Origin: a virus | Taxonomy: Duplodnaviria; Caudoviricetes | Direction: 5' to 3' (one strand) | DNA length: 55,635 bases | Virus record (IMG/VR): IMGVR_UViG_3300026268_000003 | Span: 1-55,635 of that record | Shown: piece by piece, positions 29,071 through 37,996 of the stretch | How positions within the stretch are numbered: position 1 is the first letter of the stretch | Layout: each line of letters begins with the position of its first letter | Position numbers and translations under genes: made by a program | Notes under the pieces: model-generated | The model's input: the letters and a program-made list of their open reading frames with translations, nothing else | Told to the model about the DNA's origin: nothing | The model's database searches: none

Positions 29071-29553
29071 CTATTTTCCTTTTTTATTATCTATAGCTTT
29101 CATTACTTCACTATAATCTCTTGTTAAAGCATTTTGAACATGGTCAGGAACATCTTCAACATTAACACCCGCTTTTCTTATAGTATCAACTGCTCCCATT
29201 TCTCTTTTACCTTCGTCTGATTTACCATATCCCATTAATTCACCAACGCGATTACTATCAAATGTATCACCAGTCATAGTTGGATATTCTTCATAACCAG
29301 ATTTATTTGATACAATTCCGCCTTTAGTTTCATTAAGAATTTTATTTATAGTCTCATTGTTTGAATAAGTGACTTCTTCTTTAATTTCACTATCATCTGG
29401 TGGAATAAATTCTTTTGATAAAGATTTTAAATCTACCGTTTCATCTTTAAAGTCCTCTTTAATAAATATCTCTTTTAATTGTTTTGGTAGTTCTTCTTTA
29501 ACTTTCTTTTCTACTATTTTTTCAATAATGTTTATAAATCGTTTTTTATTCAT
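29071..29553 (-). CDS. Hypothetical phage protein
   Basis: 160 aa, AGGAG RBS; ALTRDYSEVMKAID C-terminus. Confidence 0.6.
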   Translation of the reverse strand: MNKKRFINIIEKIVEKKVKEELPKQLKEIFIKEDFKDETVDLKSLSKEFIPPDDSEIKEEVTYSNNETINKILNETKGGIVSNKSGYEEYPTMTGDTFDSNRVGELMGYGKSDEGKREMGAVDTIRKAGVNVEDVPDHVQNALTRDYSEVMKAIDNKKGK

Positions 29554-29565
29554 AACAATCTCCTA

Positions 29566-29913
29566 TTAACCTTTAACTCCAGCTACACCCGTTGGAACTT
29601 GTAATACAAATCCACGAGCTTCAGCTTCTTTATTACTTCTTTTAGCGGTGGCTATTAATTGACTGCCTGGAGCCCTTCCACCATATTTCTCATCAGCCTC
29701 TGCTCTCATTTCTTCATTAGTCATATCTGTAAATGTCCATGTTTGATTTTCTCTCATTTTTCGTTGAGTTTTATCATCAGTATAAATCCAAGCGGTAAAA
29801 CTTTCAGGGCCAGTTTTAACAACATCACCATCATTTAAAAATTTTCCAGCTTTTACATTCTTTCCATTTACAGTTACAATACCTGATGTTTTCATTATAA
29901 TAGCTTTGGCCAT
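29566..29913 (-). CDS. FecR-like beta-domain protein ending at GVKG (115 aa)
   Basis: Start revised to ATG 29913 (MAKAIIMKTSG). SGIVTVNG..LNDGDVVKTGPES..F.LQVPTGVAGVKG follows the FecR pattern L..GD.I.TG..S...F.V.TP.A.AGVRGT. Confidence 0.6.
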   Translation of the reverse strand: MAKAIIMKTSGIVTVNGKNVKAGKFLNDGDVVKTGPESFTAWIYTDDKTQRKMRENQTWTFTDMTNEEMRAEADEKYGGRAPGSQLIATAKRSNKEAEARGFVLQVPTGVAGVKG

Positions 29914-29915
29914 AA

Positions 29916-30269
29916 CTATCCTCTTACTCCTGCTGTTGCTGTTAAATTTTCTACTTCTTGTGTATCCAAATCTGCTATATCTGTAATTTCTTCCCACACA
30001 ACATTATCCCACATCGCCTCTAAATCCAAATCTTGTTCTATTACACATTCAAAATCATTATTACCTGTAAGTTTAGTTGGTGTACATGATACATCACCAT
30101 CTTCTTCTATAATAGATAAACTCTTTCCACTAATAATTATCATGTCACCTTGAATTCCAATAATATCTTCACCTTCATATACTTCTTGACCCATTTTAGC
30201 TACCTCGCCCATTATAAGTGGATTTCCTTTAATATCAATAACACTTCCTAATTTTAATTTTTCGCCCAT
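29916..30269 (-). CDS. Acidic protein ending ENLTATAGVRG; paralogue of 30378..30932
   Basis: Shared DVxCTPTK..F.C....D..AM.DN.VW.EI.DI.D block. Confidence 0.7.
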   Translation of the reverse strand: MGEKLKLGSVIDIKGNPLIMGEVAKMGQEVYEGEDIIGIQGDMIIISGKSLSIIEEDGDVSCTPTKLTGNNDFECVIEQDLDLEAMWDNVVWEEITDIADLDTQEVENLTATAGVRG

Positions 30270-30271
30270 AA

Positions 30272-30349
30272 TTATCCTCTAACTCCAGACGCGGCTGTTA
30301 TATTTTCTACTATTCTTTCAATAATATTAATAAATTGTTTCTTCTTCAT
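30272..30349 (-). CDS. 25-aa chimeric mini-ORF MKKKQFINIIERIVENITAASGVRG
   Basis: Strong AGGAG RBS; N-half resembles MNKKRFINIIEKIVE of 29071..29553, C-half is identical to the end of 30935..32692. Confidence 0.6.
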   Translation of the reverse strand: MKKKQFINIIERIVENITAASGVRG

Positions 30350-30377
30350 TATTAACTCCTTTTTTTAATCTAAAACC

Positions 30378-30932
30378 TTAACCCAATTCATAATTAATAC
30401 CCATATTAAATGCATTTTTTAGCTCTGAATTATATTCATCATAATCGGTATGTGCCGATACATCATATCCCCCATCATACATACCACTTTGTACCCATTC
30501 CCGACCCGCAAATGCAGCTGCTCTTTCTTCTTCTGTCATAGATTGAATTATTGTATACCAATCATCTTCAACAGCTTGTTGTAATGCCAACTCTGCCATT
30601 TCTTCTTCATACCCTTCGGCATCAACAATATCTGGTATCTCATTCCAGACCATATTATCAAACATAGCATCTATATCTTCATCCACCACTATATCACAAG
30701 TAAAATTACCTTTACATACTATTTTTGTTGGTGTACATAATACATCACCTGTTACATCTAAAGTCCACATCTTTTTACCAGCTATAATTAACTCGTCATT
30801 ATCAGTTCCACTTAATAAATCCAACTCATAAATATATTGACCCAGTTTGATTAATTCATCATTAACACGTGGATATCCTTTCATATCAGTAACCTTCCCC
30901 GTTGGAATTCTTGTATCTATTTCTACTGCCAT
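30378..30932 (-). CDS. Acidic protein, paralogue of 29916..30269
   Basis: DVLCTPTKIVCKGNFTCDIVVDEDIDAMFDNMVWNEIPDIVD block. Confidence 0.7.
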   Translation of the reverse strand: MAVEIDTRIPTGKVTDMKGYPRVNDELIKLGQYIYELDLLSGTDNDELIIAGKKMWTLDVTGDVLCTPTKIVCKGNFTCDIVVDEDIDAMFDNMVWNEIPDIVDAEGYEEEMAELALQQAVEDDWYTIIQSMTEEERAAAFAGREWVQSGMYDGGYDVSAHTDYDEYNSELKNAFNMGINYELG

Positions 30933-30934
30933 AA

Positions 30935-32692
30935 TTATCCTCTAACTCCAGACGCGGCTGTTATATTTTCTACTTCATATTGTAAAGTAGTTACATTTCC
31001 AATCTCTTTGAAAACAGTTTCTTTCCACATTTCATCTAACTCTGGTAGTTGAATTGTCCAATCTTCATCTACAGAATATCCACCATCTGCTCCATCAAAT
31101 ACCCCATGACCAACATCCCCAATTGATGATAGTGGAACAATTGGCCAAGGAATTAATGTAGCTCCAACATATCCAGGAACTGGAGTAACACCTGTAGCCG
31201 ATGGTGTCAATACGGTATCACTTGTTGTAGTACCAGGCATAAATACTAATAGTGGTATTATATGTTCACCTTGTACCAAACAAGTTACTATATAACTATG
31301 AATAGAATCTACAAATCCATATGATTCGTAAGAACAAATTTGGTCTATAGTTCCAGTTACCCCAACTTCAGGCCCGAAATGTCTACCATATAATGTTAAA
31401 TTATTAATTAAAGTTTCTTTTGGTGTTTCTCGTTCAACTACTTTACCCTTACCAATACCCATTGTAGTCATAGACATTGGAATACCTTCGCTCGTTGTTT
31501 TACCAGTTGTTACAATAGGGCCAACACTTGGTATATTTTTATCAATTCTTATATCTGGTGTATCTGTAAGCATAATTACATCACCACTTTCTACAAAATT
31601 ATCTATTGCAGTCGCCGTCAATTCGGCTACTTTTCTAATATTTTCTTCATGTGAAAGAGAATCATCTGGTTTCAACTTATAAACCTCAAATAATTCTTCT
31701 TTTAACTGAATTCGAGCTAAACTACCAGCATCTGCTTCCCAATTTAACTCAATAGCCCCTGCTTCAATCAAAGAACCTTCAACAACTCCTGGTATTAACT
31801 TAAAATAAATATAATCACCCATTGGAATCTTTTCTTCTATTATATACATCCCAGTAGAACTATCTTTTTTTATTTCAACTTTAGTAGCAAGTGGAATTCT
31901 TTCAAGTTCTAATTCTGTTCCACTATTATCATTAACTTGTAAATAAATACCAGTTATATTTCCCATTGTTCGGTCAGGTTCTGACGGAGCATCTACTTCA
32001 ATATTCAAAATTTCGGGATTCTCAGCATCATAGTCATTAAACTTTTTTATAGCAGAGTTCCACTCCACCAGACTAGCATCCATTGCCGCTTCCAGTTTAG
32101 CTTGATTATCTACTATATCAGTTTTACCATTCTCCCATTTCTTTACTGCAGAGTCATATTCTTTTTCCTTAGTGTTCATATCATCATAATATCCATCCCA
32201 CGTTGGTTTATCAAACTCTGGATTATCAAGAGTTATTGGTTCTGGTTGTTCAACTGGAGGCGGTAAATTTGTTTCTATAAAGTATTCTCCTTGATTTTTT
32301 ATCTCTCCAAAATTTTGTTTTATTATTCCATACTTAGAAGTAATACCAGGTAAAAATACTAAATGTAATAAAGTTCCTTCAAACTTACCTCTATCAGAAT
32401 CGGTTACCACAGGACCTGGTGCCATTGTAAATGCTCCATAAGTGTCTGGAACACCAGGATTTAATTGAGTATCTGGTGCAGTAGTATCACCAACTATCTC
32501 TACTTTTTCAATATAATCTTGTATATATCTTGACATAGCATCGGCAAGTTTCATTAACCACTCATCCATACTTTCTGTTTCAACTTGTTTTAAAGGCCCG
32601 TCTATTTGTCCAGATATTTGTAAATGAAAATCTTTTACTTTATTGTAAAACTCTTCTGTATTTAATTTTGGTATTTTTTCTGTTAAAGGCAT
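30935..32692 (-). CDS. 585-aa acidic protein following the spike gene, ends ENITAASGVRG
   Basis: Coupled to the gp5-like gene; repeated LA.AI..Y[IV]-type helices. Confidence 0.6.
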   Translation of the reverse strand: MPLTEKIPKLNTEEFYNKVKDFHLQISGQIDGPLKQVETESMDEWLMKLADAMSRYIQDYIEKVEIVGDTTAPDTQLNPGVPDTYGAFTMAPGPVVTDSDRGKFEGTLLHLVFLPGITSKYGIIKQNFGEIKNQGEYFIETNLPPPVEQPEPITLDNPEFDKPTWDGYYDDMNTKEKEYDSAVKKWENGKTDIVDNQAKLEAAMDASLVEWNSAIKKFNDYDAENPEILNIEVDAPSEPDRTMGNITGIYLQVNDNSGTELELERIPLATKVEIKKDSSTGMYIIEEKIPMGDYIYFKLIPGVVEGSLIEAGAIELNWEADAGSLARIQLKEELFEVYKLKPDDSLSHEENIRKVAELTATAIDNFVESGDVIMLTDTPDIRIDKNIPSVGPIVTTGKTTSEGIPMSMTTMGIGKGKVVERETPKETLINNLTLYGRHFGPEVGVTGTIDQICSYESYGFVDSIHSYIVTCLVQGEHIIPLLVFMPGTTTSDTVLTPSATGVTPVPGYVGATLIPWPIVPLSSIGDVGHGVFDGADGGYSVDEDWTIQLPELDEMWKETVFKEIGNVTTLQYEVENITAASGVRG

Positions 32693-32694
32693 TA

Positions 32695-34149
32695 TTATTG
32701 TGTCTTATTTCTTACACTTAAAAACCCAAATGTATTTGTTTCAAGGTCTTGTTTAAATTTTTTTAGTATTTCTTGGTTAGGTTTTGCTATAATACCAGGT
32801 GTACCAGGATATTTTAATGCCATAATAATATCAGTTAATTCTTTTAAAGCATCTACAAGAGCATCACCCTTAACAACTGGTTCCAATTCACCTTTTTGGT
32901 CATCTTTAGGAGAAGTTCCAAGATAAAGTTTAGAATCTCCAGTATCTATTACAACATCCTTTTCACCTCTAATATGAACTTGTCCTTCTGTGTGCATACC
33001 AATAAGACCTGGAGAATTTAAACTAATAGCACGTTCCGCGTCAACAACAAACGCCGTATTGGTAGCAAAATAAGTACTCAAGTTAGTATAACTATATAAT
33101 CCACCTTGTTTAGTATTAAAAACAATCTTATCTGAATTTAATATTATTTGTTTACCATCAAACGTTGGTGGATATTCTAAATGAGCATGATGTACACGTG
33201 CACCCATAGTGTTAGTAACAGGATTTAGTGGTACAGTTTCATTAGTAGTTAAGTATATTGATGATGCATCAGCATTTATATCTTCTACTACATACGCATC
33301 CAATCCATGTCCTAATTCAAAAAACTTTTCTTCAAACGTTTCTATATTAGGACTATCTTCTTCATCAAATTGTCCATCCATTCCAGCTTCTGAACTATAA
33401 TAATCTGTTAATTGACCAGCTCTAATTTTAATACTTGGAGATGGCCCATATTCATTTTCTGGTAAACCAGTTGTACCTAAATCATCATCATCTGATATAT
33501 TACTACCAAGTCTTATAGTATTACCAAACCTACCTTGTATAGTAATATCACCTTCATATGGTTTTAATTGTCTAATTAACCTATTTCTTGTAAAGAACTC
33601 TCCAATAGTAAATGTATCTTCTTTTTCTTCTCTTGGTGGTTCTTCTCCCGCGTCCATCAACGCATACATTTTAGAAAAAATTCCTGGGTCTGGTTTATCA
33701 ATCACATCACTCAATCCAGGCACAGAATTTGTATTGATATGTGAAATAAAATTTAAAGTTTGTGTATAAAATTTCATACCAATATAATTTACGCAAACAA
33801 CATATTCACCTTTTAACGGATATTGTCTTATATTTGATTCTAATGGATAATACCAACTACACGAACTCTCTTCAAGACCATTTTGACTTTTTATCAATCT
33901 AATCTTGGCCATTCCTATATCTTTAAATTCAGTTTCTTGTCCACTTATTGATGCCGAAGATAGAACTGGTTTTTTTTCTTTTAAATCGTTGTAAGTTAAA
34001 AGAGTATCTAATACTTCTCCAACTTCTAATTCATAAAATTCATCCTCAGATTTTAAATTTTTTATTAAATTAGAAACAGAACCAAAACTTGTTAATCCGC
34101 CAAGTAATGTTGGTAAACTTTTTTTCTTTTCTCGGTTGTGATATGCCAT
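32695..34149 (-). CDS. Baseplate hub/central spike protein (gp5/gpV-like)
   Basis: OB-fold-like YPLKGEYV, EGDITIQGRFGNTIRLG, beta-helix-like repeats, EPVVKGDALVDAL; lies upstream of the gp25 and gp6 homologues. Confidence 0.7.
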   Translation of the reverse strand: MAYHNREKKKSLPTLLGGLTSFGSVSNLIKNLKSEDEFYELEVGEVLDTLLTYNDLKEKKPVLSSASISGQETEFKDIGMAKIRLIKSQNGLEESSCSWYYPLESNIRQYPLKGEYVVCVNYIGMKFYTQTLNFISHINTNSVPGLSDVIDKPDPGIFSKMYALMDAGEEPPREEKEDTFTIGEFFTRNRLIRQLKPYEGDITIQGRFGNTIRLGSNISDDDDLGTTGLPENEYGPSPSIKIRAGQLTDYYSSEAGMDGQFDEEDSPNIETFEEKFFELGHGLDAYVVEDINADASSIYLTTNETVPLNPVTNTMGARVHHAHLEYPPTFDGKQIILNSDKIVFNTKQGGLYSYTNLSTYFATNTAFVVDAERAISLNSPGLIGMHTEGQVHIRGEKDVVIDTGDSKLYLGTSPKDDQKGELEPVVKGDALVDALKELTDIIMALKYPGTPGIIAKPNQEILKKFKQDLETNTFGFLSVRNKTQ

Positions 34150-34150
34150 A

Positions 34151-34537
34151 TTAATCTAAAATTCCTATTTGTTTTTGTATTTCATCTGATTCTTTTTGTA
34201 TTTCATCAACAGTATCATGCAAACCACTCATAAGTTGTTCTTTTTCTTTTTCAGATAAACCAAATTCATTTTCACTACCAGCTTTAGTCTCTGCCGCTAT
34301 TAATCTTTGAATAACTGCCGCTAATTTTACAAGCTGGTCATCATTTTTAACATTTATTTCCAAATATTCTTTAATCATTGGAACTATTTGTAGTGCAGTA
34401 TCACCATCTTTGATAAATTGTACTATTTCTCGTGTTAATACATCAAGCTGCTTACGATTTGTCTCTGTATTCTTGTAAATATCTTCAAATAAATCTGAAA
34501 GAGTTTTTCCCTCAAATATTTCATAATCTTTGGACAT
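34151..34537 (-). CDS. Hypothetical helical phage protein
   Basis: 128-aa ORF heading the baseplate operon; AGGA RBS. Confidence 0.6.
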   Translation of the reverse strand: MSKDYEIFEGKTLSDLFEDIYKNTETNRKQLDVLTREIVQFIKDGDTALQIVPMIKEYLEINVKNDDQLVKLAAVIQRLIAAETKAGSENEFGLSEKEKEQLMSGLHDTVDEIQKESDEIQKQIGILD

Positions 34538-34586
34538 GATTTTTTCCTATTTTATTTTTAATGATTTATAGTGTTATAACCCAATA

Positions 34587-34632
34587 ATAAATATCTTTTT
34601 CTTGAAAATTGATTAATATATATGATATTTAT
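34587..34632. promoter_or_regulatory. Divergent pair of ATATTTAT motifs (minus 34587-34594, plus 34625-34632)
   Basis: Each faces its own downstream gene. Confidence 0.55.
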
Positions 34633-34665
34633 TAATAACAAAACTAACCAACAAAGGATGAACTC

Positions 34666-35010
34666 GTGGATAACACATTAATAGAGAACCTTATCGGTGA
34701 GTATGGTTGGTTATTTCTTACGGGTATTATAGCCCTTCTATTTCAAAGTACTATACAAGAAGCCGTTGATGGTTTAATGATATTTTTAGGAAACGACTAC
34801 AACGAAGATGATGTCGTTGAAGTTGATGGCTCACCAGGCCGTATAGTAAGAGTCAGTATGTGGAAAACTGTATTTTTTATCTATCATATTGTAGATGGTA
34901 AAATAGTCGGTGGTTCTAAATTAGTAGTAGCTAATTCTAAATTAAAAGATTTGAAAATAGAAAAACCACTACCTAACTTAGATTTATCAAAATACAGCAA
35001 CCATGATTAA
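34666..35010 (+). CDS. Minimal MscS-like membrane protein
   Basis: TM helix then FQSTIQEAVDGLMIFLGNDYNEDDVVEVDGSPGRIVRVSMWKT and VVANSKL, matching the MscS TM3/beta-domain; AAGGA RBS, GTG start. Confidence 0.65.
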   Translation: MDNTLIENLIGEYGWLFLTGIIALLFQSTIQEAVDGLMIFLGNDYNEDDVVEVDGSPGRIVRVSMWKTVFFIYHIVDGKIVGGSKLVVANSKLKDLKIEKPLPNLDLSKYSNHD

Positions 35011-35096
35011 TACATATATATAGCATGATTAAATCCAATATATATAATAGTTATTTATAAGGTATTCTATAACAACTTGTCGAAAGGAGAGACATT

Positions 35097-35318
35097 ATGA
35101 AAGAGATTATGGCAACCGTAAACGAATGGATAACAGGTCTAACTACAACTTTACTAAACTTTATTGCTGTTGGAGCAATTGTTGAAGTACTGTTTGGGTC
35201 TGGAGTGTTCGGTGTTAGTGTGATAGGAAACTTGACCGCTATCATTAATGGTTTTGGTAACAGCGGATTCGCTGGATTACTAGCCTTACTATTTTTAGTA
35301 GGACTATATAAGAAGTAG
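35097..35318 (+). CDS. Small hydrophobic membrane protein
   Basis: AAGGAG RBS, Gly-rich hydrophobic helices, followed by a terminator. Confidence 0.7.
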   Translation: MKEIMATVNEWITGLTTTLLNFIAVGAIVEVLFGSGVFGVSVIGNLTAIINGFGNSGFAGLLALLFLVGLYKK

Positions 35319-35324
35319 TCACAC

Positions 35325-35353
35325 AAAAAAAGGGGAACTATGTTCCCCTTTTT
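35325..35353. terminator. Bidirectional intrinsic terminator
   Basis: A7-GGGGAAC-tat-GTTCCCC-T5 between convergent genes. Confidence 0.85.
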
Positions 35354-35377
35354 ACTTTGTGGCGTGTTATATTATAA

Positions 35378-36151
35378 TTAAAAACTAAAGTTATATGGTT
35401 CACCACTATTAAAATGCATATCTGAATTTATCATTGACCCAGTATAATCAACATTTATTTGACCAAAATTATTATATTCATATGCAAGTCGTTTATGATA
35501 CTTTTTTAAAGTATTAACAACTCGTGTAATATGTTGTGTATTAGAACCAGTCATTTCTCTAATTAAAATATAAAGAGCTTTCTTATTAAAGTTTTCAATA
35601 AACATTCTCCTTCTAAATAATTCTAAAATAGCATCAACAATCATTATATCGCGATGTCGTTTAAAAACTTTATTTAAATTTATATCCCAGAATCTTAAAG
35701 TTTCCTCTAAAAATAGTGAAGTTTCATCTACGAAATCATCCATTTGTACTTTTTTATCAGCTCCAGTTTTACCACCATAATCTAATACAGACATATCTGA
35801 TTTTTGTTTATATGATTTATAATTTTTATTGTTGTGTAAAATTAAATAATTTTTAGCTACAATACTAAAGTAAGAAAAAGCTTTTCCCTTACCTTCTTTA
35901 AACTTATGCATATTCATAACTAAAAAAGATACTACTTCATGTTTTACATCTTCACTTGATACATCAAAATAATAAAATTTAAATGTATGAATTATATTTT
36001 CACATAATTTATCAAATGCTTTAGCAATATGTTCATTATAAATTTTATTTCTTAACCGCGGGTCTTCCGATTTATTATATCTAATTATAGCATTTTCTGT
36101 TATTTGTGTAAAGTAATAACGACTACTTCCTTTTTTTAATTTTCTACCCAT
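35378..36151 (-). CDS. Phage sigma factor (T4 gp55-like late sigma)
   Basis: Start revised to ATG 36151 (GGAG RBS). EDVKHEVVSFLVMNMHKFKEGKGKAFSYFSIVAKNYLI resembles sigma region 2 (gp55 F...AFAYFT.I). Confidence 0.65.
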   Translation of the reverse strand: MGRKLKKGSSRYYFTQITENAIIRYNKSEDPRLRNKIYNEHIAKAFDKLCENIIHTFKFYYFDVSSEDVKHEVVSFLVMNMHKFKEGKGKAFSYFSIVAKNYLILHNNKNYKSYKQKSDMSVLDYGGKTGADKKVQMDDFVDETSLFLEETLRFWDINLNKVFKRHRDIMIVDAILELFRRRMFIENFNKKALYILIREMTGSNTQHITRVVNTLKKYHKRLAYEYNNFGQINVDYTGSMINSDMHFNSGEPYNFSF

Positions 36152-36413
36152 TAATGTTTTCTCCATTTACATAATCATTTAAATTTTCAATTGTTAATTT
36201 TATTCCTTCAAAAACTGAACCAATTTCATCATCAGATTCAAAATGTCCAGTAGAATCTATCTTTTGTAATTCAATATATGTATTCTGAACCATATCTGAT
36301 GTTTCTTCCATCCAAGTTTCAAGTAATTCTGTCTTCTTTAGTAAATTCCAATTTATGTACAAAGAAGATAACAATAAAATACTACATGCTCCAAGAGCTA
36401 TTTCAAAAACCAT
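36144..36413 (-). CDS. Membrane-anchored small protein
   Basis: N-terminal TM helix then acidic helical region. Confidence 0.55.
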   Translation of the reverse strand: MVFEIALGACSILLLSSLYINWNLLKKTELLETWMEETSDMVQNTYIELQKIDSTGHFESDDEIGSVFEGIKLTIENLNDYVNGENING

Positions 36414-37198
36414 TATTTTTCTCCAAATAATTCATTAAACAAATCTTCGTGTTTTTTAGAAAGACCATTTTCTTTTACTGATTCTTCCATTTTACCATTT
36501 ACGGCTTGTTTAATATTGTTAACAGATTTATTTACAACCTTTTCTTGTTCTTGTTCAGTTCTTTTCCATTGGTCACCTTCAATGAATGTAGCCATAGTAT
36601 CGGCTGCATGACAAATACGAGAAATATTAGAACGTAACGAGAATTCTGGTTGATATGTAACCAAATAACCCTTATTTGCTTCTTCATACATACCATCAGT
36701 TAATCTTAAACCAAGATATTCTGTTTGATTCATTGGTATATTAAAGTGCTGTAATAACCAAATAGCTCTATCAGTAACAGTCATGTATTGTAACTTGGGA
36801 TTATGAACAAAAATCTTACCTTGATTCTTACGATGCCACTCAGACTCATTTAGAATATAATAATCGTGGTCTAAATCACCAACTTTACCTAAATCATGGT
36901 GTAGAGTTGCAAAGATTAATTCTTCATCGGTAAAATCTATGGTAGCACCATTCTTCTCCCATAATTCTTTTAACTCTAATGCAAATTTAGTTACGTGTAA
37001 TACGTGTTCTACATAACCACCTACCATAGCGTTGTGATAGTGTTCTTTACCACTAGCTGGTGCCATACACATTCTATCTTCAAAGTAATCATACATCTTG
37101 TTTAGATTTACAAGACGTTCGCCGTCAAATGTATCACTAATTATTTGACGTAAATTATTCCAATTAGATTGGATTTGTTCTGGATTTAGTTGTTTCAT
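36413..37198 (-). CDS. HD-domain phosphohydrolase (YhaM-like)
   Basis: APAS..HYHNA..GG.VEH, LHHDLGKVG, HAAD. Confidence 0.8.
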   Translation of the reverse strand: MKQLNPEQIQSNWNNLRQIISDTFDGERLVNLNKMYDYFEDRMCMAPASGKEHYHNAMVGGYVEHVLHVTKFALELKELWEKNGATIDFTDEELIFATLHHDLGKVGDLDHDYYILNESEWHRKNQGKIFVHNPKLQYMTVTDRAIWLLQHFNIPMNQTEYLGLRLTDGMYEEANKGYLVTYQPEFSLRSNISRICHAADTMATFIEGDQWKRTEQEQEKVVNKSVNNIKQAVNGKMEESVKENGLSKKHEDLFNELFGEK

Positions 37199-37389
37199 AT
37201 TTCTAATCCTGGTTTATGTTTTACGACATAAAAGTTTCCACCATCACAATGTGGTACTCTTCCACCTTCTGAAACCCCATGTAAATGTTCATGGTTTCCA
37301 AACGGACACTCCACTACTAATTGTCTACCTTCGATTCTTGTTCCCCAAGCTATTGGGTCGTTGTTTTGATTTTTGTTTTGATTTTTCAT
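37195..37389 (-). CDS. Small putative Zn-binding protein
   Basis: CPFG..HLHG..PHC; GAGG RBS and ATATTTAT motif (37405-37412) upstream. Confidence 0.5.
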   Translation of the reverse strand: MKNQNKNQNNDPIAWGTRIEGRQLVVECPFGNHEHLHGVSEGGRVPHCDGGNFYVVKHKPGLEI

Positions 37390-37441
37390 TATAACCTCTT
37401 ATTAATAAATATCTTTTAATATTCCTAAATTCCAATTTATT

Positions 37442-37975
37442 TTAACTATTCGATACTAATTTTATCCTATCTGTATCTGGCCAATTCATTGGATAAATTT
37501 GTACATTTTCATACTTGTATGGTTGTACGTGTTTAGATTCTAATATATCTACTACATTTACCCATTTTGAATTCATAGTATCTCTAACATTATACACACC
37601 ATCTTTATCCTTTGTTCCTTTAATTAAAATAAAATCTCCATAGTCAAATGGGCCACCCCATCGTTTCAATAAATTCCTCGAAAGAGCTACAAACTTGTAT
37701 TCTGACGCTTTACTAATACGTATCCTTGTTCCATCTGCCGTTATATCTGGTGATTTATCTGTTTGTGGATAAACTGGTTGATACATAGTGACAACAACTT
37801 CTACACCATGTTCATAGAAATATTTTAACTCGTCATGTAAGTATTCATTTTCATCCTTTAAGATATCAATATAACCTTTATATGTTTCTCTATTCTTCTT
37901 CATTATGTTAACAGAGAAAAATCCTTGTATTAGAGTCACTACTATTAGTGACGCTATCCACTTATGTGTATTCAC
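37442..37975 (-). CDS. 3D-domain lytic transglycosylase-like protein with N-terminal anchor
   Basis: VTMY, QTD.SP.ITADG, VALSRNLL, VRDTM, VDIL; N-terminal hydrophobic helix. Confidence 0.75.
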   Translation of the reverse strand: MNTHKWIASLIVVTLIQGFFSVNIMKKNRETYKGYIDILKDENEYLHDELKYFYEHGVEVVVTMYQPVYPQTDKSPDITADGTRIRISKASEYKFVALSRNLLKRWGGPFDYGDFILIKGTKDKDGVYNVRDTMNSKWVNVVDILESKHVQPYKYENVQIYPMNWPDTDRIKLVSNS

Positions 37976-37996
37976 AATATACTCCTTTCATATTTG

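Larger units (their letters stand above)
30266..30974. repeat. Perfect 46-bp direct repeat (30266-30311 and 30929-30974); degenerate third copy near 29910-29955
   Basis: ccataattatcctctaactccagacgcggctgttatattttctact occurs twice; encodes VENITAASGVRG-stop plus the next ATG. Confidence 0.92.

Noticed and set aside
29914-29997. N-terminal extension of the 143-aa ORF call
   Set aside because: Overlaps the upstream gene in another frame; ATG 29913 follows the same stop/RBS unit as neighbouring genes.
30266-30974. 46-bp repeat as a DGR template/variable pair or att site
   Set aside because: Copies are identical with no adenine-specific changes; no reverse transcriptase or integrase in the window.
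35051-35326. Minus-strand 91-aa ORF
   Set aside because: Antisense to the plus-strand 73-aa gene, which has an RBS and terminator.
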